Assembly (NCBI GenBank): GCA_020137815.1
Contig: CM035356.1
Location: 7,750,001-7,814,000, forward strand
Direction of reading: 5' to 3'
DNA length: 64,000 nt
DNA from: Hormiphora californensis
Lineage: Eukaryota; Animalia; Ctenophora
Positions within the stretch are counted from its first letter, which is position 1. The number at the start of each line of letters is the position of its first letter. The position numbers and the translations under genes are program-made. The notes under the pieces are model-generated. The model was not told where the DNA came from. It made no database searches and saw only the letters and a list, made by a program, of their open reading frames with translations. This document shows positions 39,275 through 52,300 of this stretch, in pieces.

Positions 39275-40300
39275 ATGAAACGCATAATACTGTGCCTCCT
39301 TCTACTGGCCATGACAAGGGCGTGGATTAAGGTAGGTAGGCGCCGTCGGAGACGAAGATCCTGTGTGGTTAACGGTGGTTGGAGTGGTTGGCATGATATA
39401 TCTGGGTGTAATTGTAACCACGCAGCCGGGACAGGGTACATCTCGACTGGAAGGAGCTGCAATAACCCCTCCCCTGCTTGCGGTGGGAGCAATTGTGCTG
39501 GATCTGCAAGAGGCTCTAGGGACTGCTCCAGCAGCTGCTGTAAAGCTATCAATGGAGGATGGAGTGGTTGGAGCTACACTTCTGGCTGTGCCTGTAACTA
39601 CGCTACCGGAACTGGCTCCCACCCAAAGGCAAGATCGTGCAACAGTCCAGCGCCCTACTGTGGGGGAGCAAGTTGCTCTGGCAACTCACATACTACAGAC
39701 GACTGTTCCAGCAGCTGCTGTAAAACTAGAAATGGAGGGTGGAGTGGTTGGAGCTACACTTCTAGCTGTGTCTGTAACCATGCTGCCGGAACTGGCTACC
39801 GCCCAAAGGCAAGATCCTGCACCCCCAAACGCCCTACTGTAGGGGGGCAAGCCCCTCTGGTAGCCTTTAACTAGTAGGACCCACTGCTTTCCCAGCTCCT
39901 TTTAAAACTGGGCCATGGAGGATGGAGTGGTTTGGGGCTACACTTCTACTGTGTTTTTTAAACCCTGCTGCCGGAACCCGGGTACCACCCAAAGACCAAA
40001 ATTTCCGGGACCAGTCCGCGCCCCATTTTTGGGGGGGCAACTGCTCCCGGTACTCAACTGTAAAAACCCTGCCCAAGCCGCTGCTTTTAAAAATGTCCAT
40101 GGAGGGGGATTTGGGTTTGGGGCTACACTTCTAGCGTACTTGCCATGCTACCGGGAAATGGCTACCGCCCAAAGGCAAGATCCTCACCAGTCCAGCACCC
40201 TTTTTCTTGGGGGGGGGGAGCAACTTGCTCTGGCACTCCCTAGTACAGACCCACTGCTCCGGCCCCGTGGAAAGGATAAGGGGATGGGGGTTGAGTAATT
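39275..40300 (+). CDS. Secreted thrombospondin type-1 (TSR) repeat protein, at least 5 tandem ~60-aa repeats; 3' part corrupted by low-quality sequence
   Basis: Signal peptide MKRIILCLLLLAMTRA, an Arg run, then repeated NGGWSGW...RSCNxPxPxCGGxxCxG at 180-bp spacing; recognisable remnants continue past the apparent stop at 39874. Confidence 0.85.
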
Positions 40301-43300
40301 TACGGGGGAAAGTGCCAATGGGAAAGAAAAGGGGGTCGTGGGGGGAAGGTTGTTTTTTCCTTAAAATTTCCCCCTTTTTCCTGGGGGTGGGGTGGTGGAC
40401 CATTCTTGGCCCGTGTTTGACCAAGGGCCGGAACGGTTCCCCCAAAGAAAAAGAACCTCCCATCCCCTCCCGTGGGGGACCAAATTGGCCGGGGGAGGGG
40501 TCCCCCAAAATGAAATTAAAGAAGATGTTAAGAGCCCCCCGGGGCTGGGCAATGGGGGTGGGTGAGTGGGGGTTCCCTGCTGTTCATGTGGGGTTATACC
40601 CACGCCGGAAACCAACGGGGGGGAAAAAGGGGCTTTAAAAACCCAAAAAAGACCCTTTTTTGGGGGGGGGGGGGGGTTAAGGAATTGGGGGGGAGGTACC
40701 CAAAAAATTTTTTTCATTTTTGAAAAAAATGTTAAAAAAGAAAAACTCAAATTTTCTGGGCAAAAGTTTTTTTTTTTAATTGCGTGGGAACCCCTTTAAT
40801 TACCGGGGAGGTATATCACGGAAGGAAGGAACCAAACAAGAGGGGGAAAAGGGGAAGCCAAAAAAACCTTTTTTAAATTGGCCGATGGAATGGGGGTTAA
40901 TTGTTTCGGAAAAAAGTTTTTTTCCCAAAAAATTGGTTGCCCCCAAAAAAAAATAAAAAGTAAACCCCCTTTTTAAAAATTTTTCCCCAAACCCCCCAAA
41001 GGGTTTTTTTTTAAAAAAATTTTAAATTTATCCCGGTTATTGTTTTCCAAAAATTTTTTTTTTCCCCTTTTGGGAAAGGCTGGGCCCCAAACAAACCAAA
41101 GAGGGTTTTGGCGGACCGGGCGGCCCCTTTTTAACAAACCAAAAGGACCCGTTTTGGAAAAGGTTTGGGCCCCAAAAGGACCCGAAGGGAAAATTGGGCC
41201 CCCCCAAAACCCTGGGGTAGGAAAATAGGGTAACAAATGGGAAAAATTTCCCTAAAATCTTTCCCGGGGTTTGAAAAAAAACAAAGTTTTTTCCCTGGAT
41301 TTTTAACTAAAATTTTCTGGCCAGTTCCCAACAACCAAACCCAATGGGACCCGGGGGGAACAGAGGGGGGGAGATCAAAAACCAAGGGGCCCCCAGGGCG
41401 GGGGAAGGGTTTGGGGGGCCCCAAAAAAAATTTGGGCCCCCGGGGGAACGGGTTTGGCCCAAAATTTTGGCCCGGGGAAAAGGGGCCCCCAAAGGGGGCC
41501 CATTTAAAAACCCGGGCCCTTTTTAACCTCCTTCCGGGTTGAAACAGGGTCCTCGTTTTCTGGAAATTGTAGTTGTTTTTCCTTTTTTCCCTTTCTTCTT
41601 ACCTTTTTTTAGATCCCCCAAAGGGGGGGCCCCCGGGGAAAGGGGGGGGAAGGGGGGGGAAGGGGCCGGGGGGGGGGGGTAGGGGGGAATGGGTGGGTGG
41701 GTTAAGGGAGGGTGGGGGGACAGGGTGGGTCAAATTTGGGGATAGGGAAAAATGGTCCAATTTCCATAAATTCATTTTTAATTCCCCTTTTGATAGTCTA
41801 AATTTTTTGATTCCTTGTTGTTTTTCCCTTTTAAAGTTGGGTTTAGAATCTGTCTTTTTCCCAAGTGGGGGGAATTTTGCCTTCCCGGAAGGGTGGGGGT
41901 TCCCCCTTAAAACTTTTTGGGGGTTGGGGGAAATTAAATGGATTAGTTTGGGGGGGGAAGTGGGCCCGAAAGAAAAAAATAAAAATAATTGGAAATAATA
42001 GAATTTTTTTGGTATTTTTAAATACCCCCTACTGAATTCTAAATTCCCCACTGGGATTTTATTCTTAATGATACTTTTTTTATTTGCTCAAATCACCTTA
42101 AATTTGGGTTTGGGAATATCCCCAAAATTTTTCCAACCCTGAGGGGGATCCTTTTTTACCTGTCCCCCAAAAGTTTGGGGTCCACCCTTTTTTTTTTTAC
42201 ACCCTTAAATTTTTTTTGGGTTTTTTTACGGGTTTGAGGTCCCCTTTTTTTAAAAAAAATAAACTTGAGTTTAAAATGGTTTTTAAATTGGTTTTTTGGG
42301 GGGAAAATTTTTTCCAAAGGCCCCTAATGGGGAAAATTGCAAAACCCCCAAACTCAGGGGGGCCATTCCTTTGGGGGTCTGGTTCAGGGTAAAAACTGTG
42401 ATTTATTTAAAAAACACTGGGTTCCCCCTACCCAAATAGGTTTTTTACTTACCAACCCACTTTATAATTTCATTTGGTTTTAAAAAATTTCCCTGCCTTT
42501 TACCTCCCCTTTTAAATCTTTTAAAAAAATTTTAATTTTTTTGGGTTTTCCAGCCGGGTTTTGGGCCATCCTTGGTTTTTTTCCCCAAAAAAACAACTTC
42601 TTTTAGAATATTTTTTATTGGTTTTTTGGGGGGACCAACTCCCAAAAGGTTTCCAAAAAAACCCCAATTTGGGGGAAAACAGTGTCGAAACCCAATTGGG
42701 GTGTTCACTGAACACCATGAACACTGTTCAGGTCTCAGGGTTCAGTGAGGGCTCTTCAATTTTCAGGGAATAGTTAAGAATAGCCCTAAGACCTAAGGTC
42801 GCAGGGGAAATAGCTGTGACCTGACTGTGGTCTGGAAACCATAAAATCAGCTTTTAAGCCCCCTCATTTTTAGTCATTTTTCGGTGCACGAGCCAATCAG
42901 AGGCCTCTATTTCGAAATCTAAGCTTTTTACCTCGAATATGTGTGTTTGTGGGAGGTAAGAGTAAAGTCGGGCAATGCACATATTCTTCTGTAGTACCCT
43001 ACTCAACGCATCGTTACTGTGGGAGATACAAATGGGGCTATTTCAGGGCTATTTCAGGGAATAGTCAAGAATAGACCTGAACGTGAGATTCAGGCACGAC
43101 TGCAGTTGGTGACATAGACACCTGGCGCGACCCCCGCACACAGGTGTCGGCTCCGCCCCTGTACTGTGCGGGGGTCGCGCCAGGTGTCTATGTCACCAAC
43201 GTATGCAGTTCCTCCCAACTGCTACTCACTCAGGGGGAAGAGGACTAACAAATCCAAACCCCCAAACCAGGCCGGGGAAAGGAATCACTTTGGTACCACC

Positions 43301-43353
43301 CCTCTATCTCACCTACGAGACGGCCTAATAGAAGAAGAAGAAGAAGCTACTCA

Positions 43354-46300
43354 CTAAGTTTTATTGGCATTCATTTCTTCAATATATCCCTCCAGGTGCT
43401 CGATTACAAACTTATCCGTTATAACCGCGTGTGCTAGCTTGAACTGAACCCTCTGTGTGTGTGGGGCTATCTCTGTCTCGAGGGAAGGAAGACATGTAAT
43501 TATGGAAATGAAATTTCCTAACAAATACATGAAAAACTAAAAAAGGTATAGGAGCATCACAACAAGTATAAAAACAATCAGCCGCGTATGTCACCATTAA
43601 AAACACTCGACAAGCGGTCAAGTATAGATTTTCCTGATAATGAACTACATTAACCGTAGTATTATGCACTATGCTGCAGGGACATCACACACACACATCA
43701 CCCACACACATGATATTGATCAAGCCTGAACAACAGGTTATTGAATCAATCGACCGTTCAACGGTACGAGGTGCCATCACTGATTTCGTGCAGTTGATCC
43801 GAGGATCACGAATTCAATTAATATGTCGTGATTACTGTTTAATAGCCCAACTGGTCATTCCGAAAAATCAGATACAAGCACATTAATGTGTTTGTATCTG
43901 ATTTTTCGGAATGACCAGTTGGGCTATTAAACAGTAATCACGACATATTAATTGAATTCGTGATCCTCGGATCAACTGCACGAAATCAGTGATGGCACCT
44001 CGTACCGTTGAACGGTCGATTGATTCAATAACCTGTTGTTCAGGCTTGATCAGTATCATGTGTGTGGGTGATGTGTGTGTGTGATGTCCCTGCAGCATAG
44101 TGCATAATACTACGGTTAATGTAGTACATTATCATGATATGTGAGCGCTGCAGATAACATGTGCCCTGTTTAATACGCCTAACTGGTTAGAAAGCAAGAA
44201 CCCTGTTTAAACACAAGGATTGTTGCTGTTCGAGATATCCGATATAAAGATAGTGCTAATACATCAGTACTGTGGGAATATGATATGCGCCTAGATATGT
44301 CGAATCCAGTGGATCGCTTGGTTACTTCCTTCGTTAAACAAGCATTGAAACTGGAGGATTGGAGTAACTCATATACAGTGCGGCACATTGATTTGATTTG
44401 ATTTGAAATTTGAAAAAGGATAAAAATCTATATATATTACAATGCATATAAAGAAACTATCCCGGCTGGCTCCTATCGACGGAATGTCAATATAGACGGA
44501 GCGCTTACACCTCAATATCACTTTTAAAAATCACACACAAACAGTTCTCACGCACTACGGACAGACATACTAATACAGTTCACTTTTAATAAGTTAAAAT
44601 ATAAATCTAATTCGGCTACTATAGATAATATATGTTGATTATTTCCCCCTCCCTAGCCAACCCCCAAATTTCAAGTTTGTATATGTTTTGTCAGTTATGT
44701 AGATATTGATTTTTTCTAGTCATGAGATACTGGATTATATTAGGTTATTTAGATTCGCGACTGGGCGATTGTTTGTTGTATAGTTTCAACTTCCCAACAC
44801 CACACCAAAGAAAATAATTTGAAGTCGATGAGGTAGATATAAAACAAAATAAAGTTGATTCCCTAAAGTTTAGAAAGTAGGTGAGGCCAATCGCACAGCC
44901 GCGAATTTACGAATTCGGAATGTTTTTCCAGAGATGATCTTTAAGCTTGGCCACGAAGGCATCATGAGAATCTAGGCATCGTAGGTCATGCGGGAGCTTA
45001 TTCCATTCCACATGGACTCGGTAAAAATAACTATGTTTAAAAGCATCAATATTAGGTTTATGTGTGCAAATGATGTCTGTTTGGTCTCGGTTTGTCTGCT
45101 GTCTAGTTGTACGCCTGTCGTGTCTGTCGGGGATGTATTTGTGAAGGAACAATGGAAGTTTTAGGGATGAAGATCCGTAAAATATCTTATGAAATAATTT
45201 TAAGTCATTATAAAGGAACCTTTCGGTAATTGGAAAAATCTTGCTCTGTTTAAGTTTACTGACATACGCTTTCCAATCATAGCTGAGCTCCATTTCATTA
45301 TTTATCCATTTTAATGCACGTTTTTGGAGCTTTTCAAACTTTTCAATACTAGAGGCTGAAACTGGTCGCCATATCTGGCTGCAGTGTTCGAACAATGAAC
45401 TAACAAGACTAACATAGAGTGTTCTCCTCTTAAGAGGGGAATCAACTAGAGCACTAGTTCTCTTTACTAGGCCTAATCTCTGAGACGTTTTAGAAATTAT
45501 CATGTTTTGGTGTTCTAGAGGCGATAATTTTCTATTGGTGATCACCCCCAGGTCAGTTTCATTTGTACATTGTTGAATCTCACTACTTCCTAAGTAATAT
45601 TTTAGGTTAACAGGCTTATGCTTCAAGGTACATCTAAGAAGTTTACATTTATTAGGGTGGAACTTCATTTTATTTTTCACACTCCACTCAACCAATCTAT
45701 CAATATCAGGCTGGAGACTATCATTTTCATTCTTAATCGTCCTCCAGATTTTTAGATCATCTGCATATAGCTTTATATTGGTTTCTCCTTCATCCCCAAT
45801 GGCCTCAACTATATCATTTATAAATAGAACAAAAAGGAATGGACCGAGGATGGATCCTTGAGGGACTCCACTCTTAACATTAGACCATTCCGAGAATTCA
45901 CCATCTAATGCTACTCTCTGTCGACGTCCAGATAAGTACGCTTTAAGAAATTGCAACATTTTACCGTTTATGTTATACTGGACTTTAAGTTTTTCAAGTA
46001 TGACATCGTGTGAAACGCTGTCAAAAGCCTTTTGAAAATCAAAATATATAATATCTGTTTGCAAGTGTTGGTTTAAATTTATTGCTAGCTCACAGTTAAA
46101 CTCGATCAGTTGGGTCGTACATGACTTCAGTGGTACGAACCCATGCTGATGAGGTGTAACTTTCTCCAGACAAGCCCTATACAGGCGCTCTCTAACCAAC
46201 TTTTCGAAGACCTTCATAATTAGACATGTAAGAGAAATCGGTCTATAATTCTCTACATTAGACTTATCTCCTTTTTTGTGGACTGGCACAACATTTGCAT

Positions 46301-49300
46301 TTTTCCACTCAGTTGGAATAGACCCTTCATCAAAAACTTTGTTAAAAATTAATACTAGTGGATATGCCAATGATTTGTGACATTTTTTCAAAACTATACC
46401 GTCTATATTATCTGGGCCAGTGGCCTTGGATGCATCTAATTTTCTTAATATATCTACAACTTCATCAAAGTGAAAAGTTTCGTTGTTAAAATCATTATCG
46501 TGGTTTCTATCAAAATCAATTGGTGTGCTATACGTACTGGCTTGTGTGAACTGTTTACAAAAAAAATCATTAAACATTTTACATTTTTGTTGACTACTTT
46601 TTTCAGAGTTATCCTCGTAATGAACTATATCAGGGACTCTAGTGCTGCTAGTTTTTGATTTCACATGTTTGAAAAACTTTTTGGAAATTGCAGCTGTAGA
46701 GGCAGACTCATCAATGGAGGAGAGTTCTAGAAAGTGTGTTTCTTTCTCCCTTGACGCTTTCCTGTACTCTGCCTCCATACAAGTAAATACATTTTTTAGG
46801 GAAACATCATTTGGAAACTTCAGAGAGGCTTTTCTAGAATTATCCATTGACCTTTTTAACTGTCTCAACTCATCATCGTACCAGGGTGGTTGAGATCCTA
46901 TTTTTACATTAACTAATGGTACATGGTGTCTTAGGGTAATATCTAATTTTGATTTAAATTTCTGAAGAGATTGCTCGGCCCTGAGGTGTTTGAATTCCTT
47001 AGTCCAGTCATACCGAATCAGTCCCTCATTAATCGCATCCCAATCAGCTTTCTTGTAAGAAAACTTTTTAGCCGTCTTAAACTTGGGTCTTATCTTTTTG
47101 ATTTGCACCTCACATTTAATAGTGAAGTGGTCAGATTTGACTAAACAATTTTCTTCTACCGATACATTGGAAAAACACGAACTATTATTTGTGAGAATTA
47201 GATCTAATACATTTCCATCCCTGTGTGTTGGTGCGTTTATTAACGAACTCATACCCAGAGATGTAAAAAGGTGAGCAAAGCCTTCGTGTATACTATTGCT
47301 CGATACTGGGTCATCCCAATCTTTAACCGAACTTAGATTGAGATCCCCGATGATTGCTAGGTTTTTATATTTTCTAGATAGGCGTGTGTAGTACCGCTCA
47401 GTTTCTTCAAGACAATCTGACCCCGAGTAGTCATACCTGTAGAATGTTGAGATACATATCGGGGTCAGGTTTTTTGACTTGAGCAGTATGGTGACAATAG
47501 GCAGATTTACCTTGTCCTTTACCTGATCAAATTCAATACCCATGTTATTCTTACATAGAATCATAACTCCTCCCCCACCCTTTTTATCATACATTTCCAT
47601 GTCCCTTTTAGTTCTATCTTTTCTGTATATTGTATAGAACTGATCGGACACTAATTCCCCATCATTGACATGCTTGTTCAACCACGTTTCATTTAATACT
47701 ACAATTTCTGGCTCATAAGTAAACAAGTATGCTCGGAGATCAGAGAGTTTAGATACTTGAAACTGGGGCTGATCACCACTAATTGATTGCATATTTATGA
47801 GACCATTAACGTTGCAGTACACCACACTAATTTTTGTTTTTGGTTCAGTAGGCCCAGGATTTACAATACTGGGCTGGTGGATAACAATAAGTGCTTTTGC
47901 TAGACTCGAAAGAAAGATTAATAGTACGACTAGTCGACACCTAACAATGATTTTGGAACAGGTGTTCCCTATTTTCCCCATACTTTTGAATATCACCAGG
48001 GTTAACACACAATTAGCATACCAAATGTAATGCTGGTTGATACTCTTACCGACTTCTTCTCGGCCTGCTTCCATACATAGTTCTCTACAGGACAGAGAGG
48101 AAGTACATCTGGACATAGAGCCTAAAAGAATAAGTATTAGTATACTGTAACTTAGGTAGAGAATCAAATGAAATGGTGATATTGATGATGTTTGTCTGTA
48201 CTGTCGGTCAAGGGTTTTGTTAGTAAACATTTTTCTTTTTCCACCCCTCCCCCCTGCAAACCTCCCAATAGTTTGTCTGTACTGTTCAGCACTTATCATT
48301 GTGGGGGTTTTGGATTTTGGGAATTTGGCACTAAGGGTTCACGGAGGGTCTGTTGGTTGGGGTAATAAAACAACTTCTCCCCCCAAACATATATATTATC
48401 AATGCAGCAAAATCAGCAATCAGCGTAAAACTTCGTTATAAATCAGGTCAGTTAAGACCGAGTAACCATATTTATTCAAATGCACACCATCCCTACAATA
48501 AAGTGATGAGTTGAAAAACAAATCACGTGTTAGGAAATCAGCCATCCAACTCACAAAACTGCAATTCATGAGTTGGGACACACAATTTACAATTTTGTTG
48601 TACATGGTAACATTAGAGACCGTATATGAGAAGTCTCCTCTCAGGGGAAGGACATGTGTAATCACTATCTGTGTTTGTATCTGATTTTTCGGAATGACCA
48701 GTTGGGCTATTAAACAGTAATCACGACATATTAATTATAGATTTTCCTACCAGATTTACCTTTTAGAATCCTCTTCCTCTCAGGTGACAAGAAAGAGCTA
48801 CGTCCTGGAGCTTTCTCTGTCCCGTGCCTCTTGGGCTTCCTCAGCGCGTGAAGATGTAGCAGTTCTATAGGAGGAGAAACATATATCAGGGGTATGTGTG
48901 TTGAAAACTTTGAACCAACTAAAATTCAATTCATTTTACAAAATTAGTACTCCTCTTTACTTCTAATATTGATGTCCCGTTTTGATTCCTTACTTCTAAT
49001 ATTGATGTCCCGTTTTGATTCCCTGCTTTTTCTCCGAAATATCTCAGTGTCCTCGCTAAACATCATTTCGTGACCCTCGTCCGGATCATACCTGCATAGA
49101 GGAGGACCTATGATTAGGACCTATAATTAGGACCTATAATTAGTAGTTAAAGGATTTAAAGTGCCTGCATAGAGGAGGACCTATAATTAGGACCTATAAT
49201 TAGGACCTATAATTAGGACCTATAGTTAAAGGATTTAAAGTGCCTGCATAGAGGAGGACCTATAATTAGGACCTATAGTTAAAGGATTTAAAGTGCCTGC

Positions 49301-52300
49301 ATAGAGGAGGACCTATAATTAGGACCTATAGTTAAAGGATTTGAAATGCCTGCATATAAGAGGATCTAGTTATAGGGCTTAGATACCTATACGTTGAGAT
49401 ACGTTGAGGATATTTAGAAATCCTACACTGAGTGTGTGTATTCAAATTACAATACGATGTGTATTTGTACATTAAAGTCTGACTGTGGTCTTGAAACTTC
49501 CTGCAGCTGAACGGAGCTTTTTTGAATGTTCAGTGCACTGTGCAGGTAAGTATAAGGGGGTTTCGAGACCAGACCACAGCTTCAGACACCATGGTAAATA
49601 CTCATTGTACATTAGGGGTTGCTAAGTCGGAATGAATCGCCATGAATCATATTTCCTGTTATTCATTGGGTAATTATCTACTGATATCCGGAGTTTCAGC
49701 CCAAACAGTTGAGCCACTAAGGATCGCAAGCCACTTTTGTGACCCTTGTTTTTGCTGTTTATTGCAGTGCGCATGGGTTGTATTCGTGCACATACGGTTG
49801 TATAGTATTAAAATTGAGTATTCAAAAATTTCAACTTAGCATTAAATGAAGTATGAACGTTTGTAGACTGGCGCGTTATGAAGTTGGCTGTTCCCAGCGC
49901 GAGCTGGGGACAGCCAACTGGAGTTTAATCGCCCGGCAGGGCGATTAAACTGGTTTAAATCCCGACTCCGATCCCGAGGCGCCAGCCGAGGGTGAGGGGG
50001 AGGTGATTTAAACCTATAACGCGATAGGCTAACAAACGTTCATATTTTATGAAACCCGATAGTAATTACACACAAATAAGAGACACAACACAAGGTGAAA
50101 CACACTAGAACTGCTGGTAAATAGTTTGGGCACGTCGCGCCCCCCATGTTCGCGCGCCCGTAGGGCGATCCCCTCACATAGGGGGCACAGTCACGACTAG
50201 GGCACTCGTAGAATGCTTCGTTCTGCTAAACGGCGCTAGTTAGCGTTTTAATTTTTGGTTTTTCTGATCGGTCATGTTCTAAATGAATGCAACGAACATG
50301 TCTCGATTTGAAACTCTCAAAAACCGTGGCGTAATCGCCGATTTGCTCAAATCGGTTTTTTGGCAATTACGGGAGAACGGAATATCCATAAAATCCCAAA
50401 TTCTGGGATATGTTAGAAGAGACAATTTGACACCTTCGTGTCGAAGGATTTGTCTCTTATTCTTCTGGTCTTCAACTGACGGCCATTTGAATTAATTTGA
50501 CCTCTCTTCCCCCGACCCTTAGTCCCACTAAACGACAGCTTTATAAGTAACCATCTTTTTTCCCAGGTAGAGAATCCCTTGAACTGGTGCAACGTATAGG
50601 TGGATAAGCCAGAAACGATTTCTGGACAGAGGAATCGACTCTCAAAGTTGGATGATTTCAAACAGTGATTGGACTTTTTGGGACACTTTGACTTTAAAAA
50701 GATTGATACATTTATCATTTTCCGACATAATTTTACCTAATTTGACCAACGAAAGTGTTTAATTAATCGTTAATTGCTTAATTAAGAAAATCGGACGCGC
50801 AAATATACAAACGCGCTTGTTTTGGACAGAAATTGCGCGCGCTGAAGAATCTTCAAAGTGAATCGTGACGGCGCGAACTGAAAAAGTTGCGCGGTTTTTT
50901 TTCGAAACTCGAAAAGTCAAGAATATTTTGCGCACGGATCAGGACCCATCCTCTTCTAAGGGCCTGCAGCAAAGACAAAACTTTTCCGGAACTATTGAAA
51001 ATCTAAGCGATGAATTATTCTGAGGCTCGAGCGACCTATACACAGCGTATGTATGGCGACATTTAAAGGATTCTGACCTGAAACGTCTACAGAAAGTTCA
51101 GAACGTCTACAGAAAGTTCAGAACAGTGCGACACGATACATATATGGGAAAAGAGGAAAACGCGGTGTAACAAAACTTCGCATGAAATCACACTTCTTGC
51201 CTGTGAAACAGCGAATAGAGTACAAAATTTGCTCGATGGTATACAAGATTCTTCATGATCAATCCATACATGTCTGAGATGTTAGTGAAGCGGCCCCAGA
51301 AAGTGAAATCACTCCGAGTGGATAATGACGTCACCGCTCTGAAAGAGGCGCGGAGGAGTGAGTACCACTACGAGAACACTAGAGGCGCTTTCAGTATTGC
51401 TGCACCTAAATTATGGAATCAGCTACCACGATCAATCGGGGACTCAGAATCCCTTACTACTTTTAAAACATCCCTGAAGACGCACTTGTTCTTTAGAGCA
51501 TACAACCAATGACCGGCAAAATAACCCTCACTTCCCTACATCCACATGGATTCCTGAGTAACTACCGTCTCTAACTCCTATTCCTGATTCCTGGGCTCCC
51601 TTTTTCTCGTGTATTCCTTCACATCGATCCCTGGGTCCTTTACTCCTACTTCCACTCCACATCGATCCCTGGGTCCTTTACTCCAACCTCCTCCACATTG
51701 ATCCCTGGGTCCTTTACTCCAACCTCCTCCACATCGATTCCTGGGTCCTTTCTCTACCTTGCTCCACATCGATCCCTGGGTCCTTTCCAACCTCCTTCAC
51801 ATCGATCCCTGGGTCCTTTACTCCTACCTCCTCCACATCGATCCCTGGGTCCTTTTCCTTGCGCTGCTCCATATCGAGCACATCCTCATTCCTCATTCTA
51901 AAAACTATTTACAACATCCCTTCTACACGCTACTCATCACCTGTTATCACGACAGTTGATTGATTCTGTTTTTTGTACATACATATACACACTGTGATAT
52001 TGAAGAGTGTTTGAATTAGACGAGACCCAGCTAGAGGTAGCTACGGGCGGAAACGTCCGCATGTTGGACATATATTTTTTTAAATTTGTGAACCAATATG
52101 TTTAGTGTATTAGCGGGGTGTCAATAATTACATTTATTTAATTTATTGACATTATAAATATAATTTTAATCTTGTAATCTTGTAATCTTGTAATCCATTT
52201 CAACTGAGATAAAAATTTGGAGCTCAGGAAGATCATGTTTAGTTCTTATTCCTTAGTGAGCTGAGGTGACATAAACGAACTTCAGTTGGACCTGCTCAAG

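Larger units (their letters stand above)
44388..48669 (-). mobile_element. CR1/L2-group LINE, 5'-truncated within ORF1
   Basis: Intact ORF2, an ORF1 remnant, a ~500-bp 3' UTR and a short (AATCA)n-like tail near 44390. Confidence 0.9.

Noticed and set aside
33840-42700. Numerous Lys/Phe/Gly/Pro-rich ORFs
   Set aside because: They translate homopolymer-inflated, low-quality sequence.
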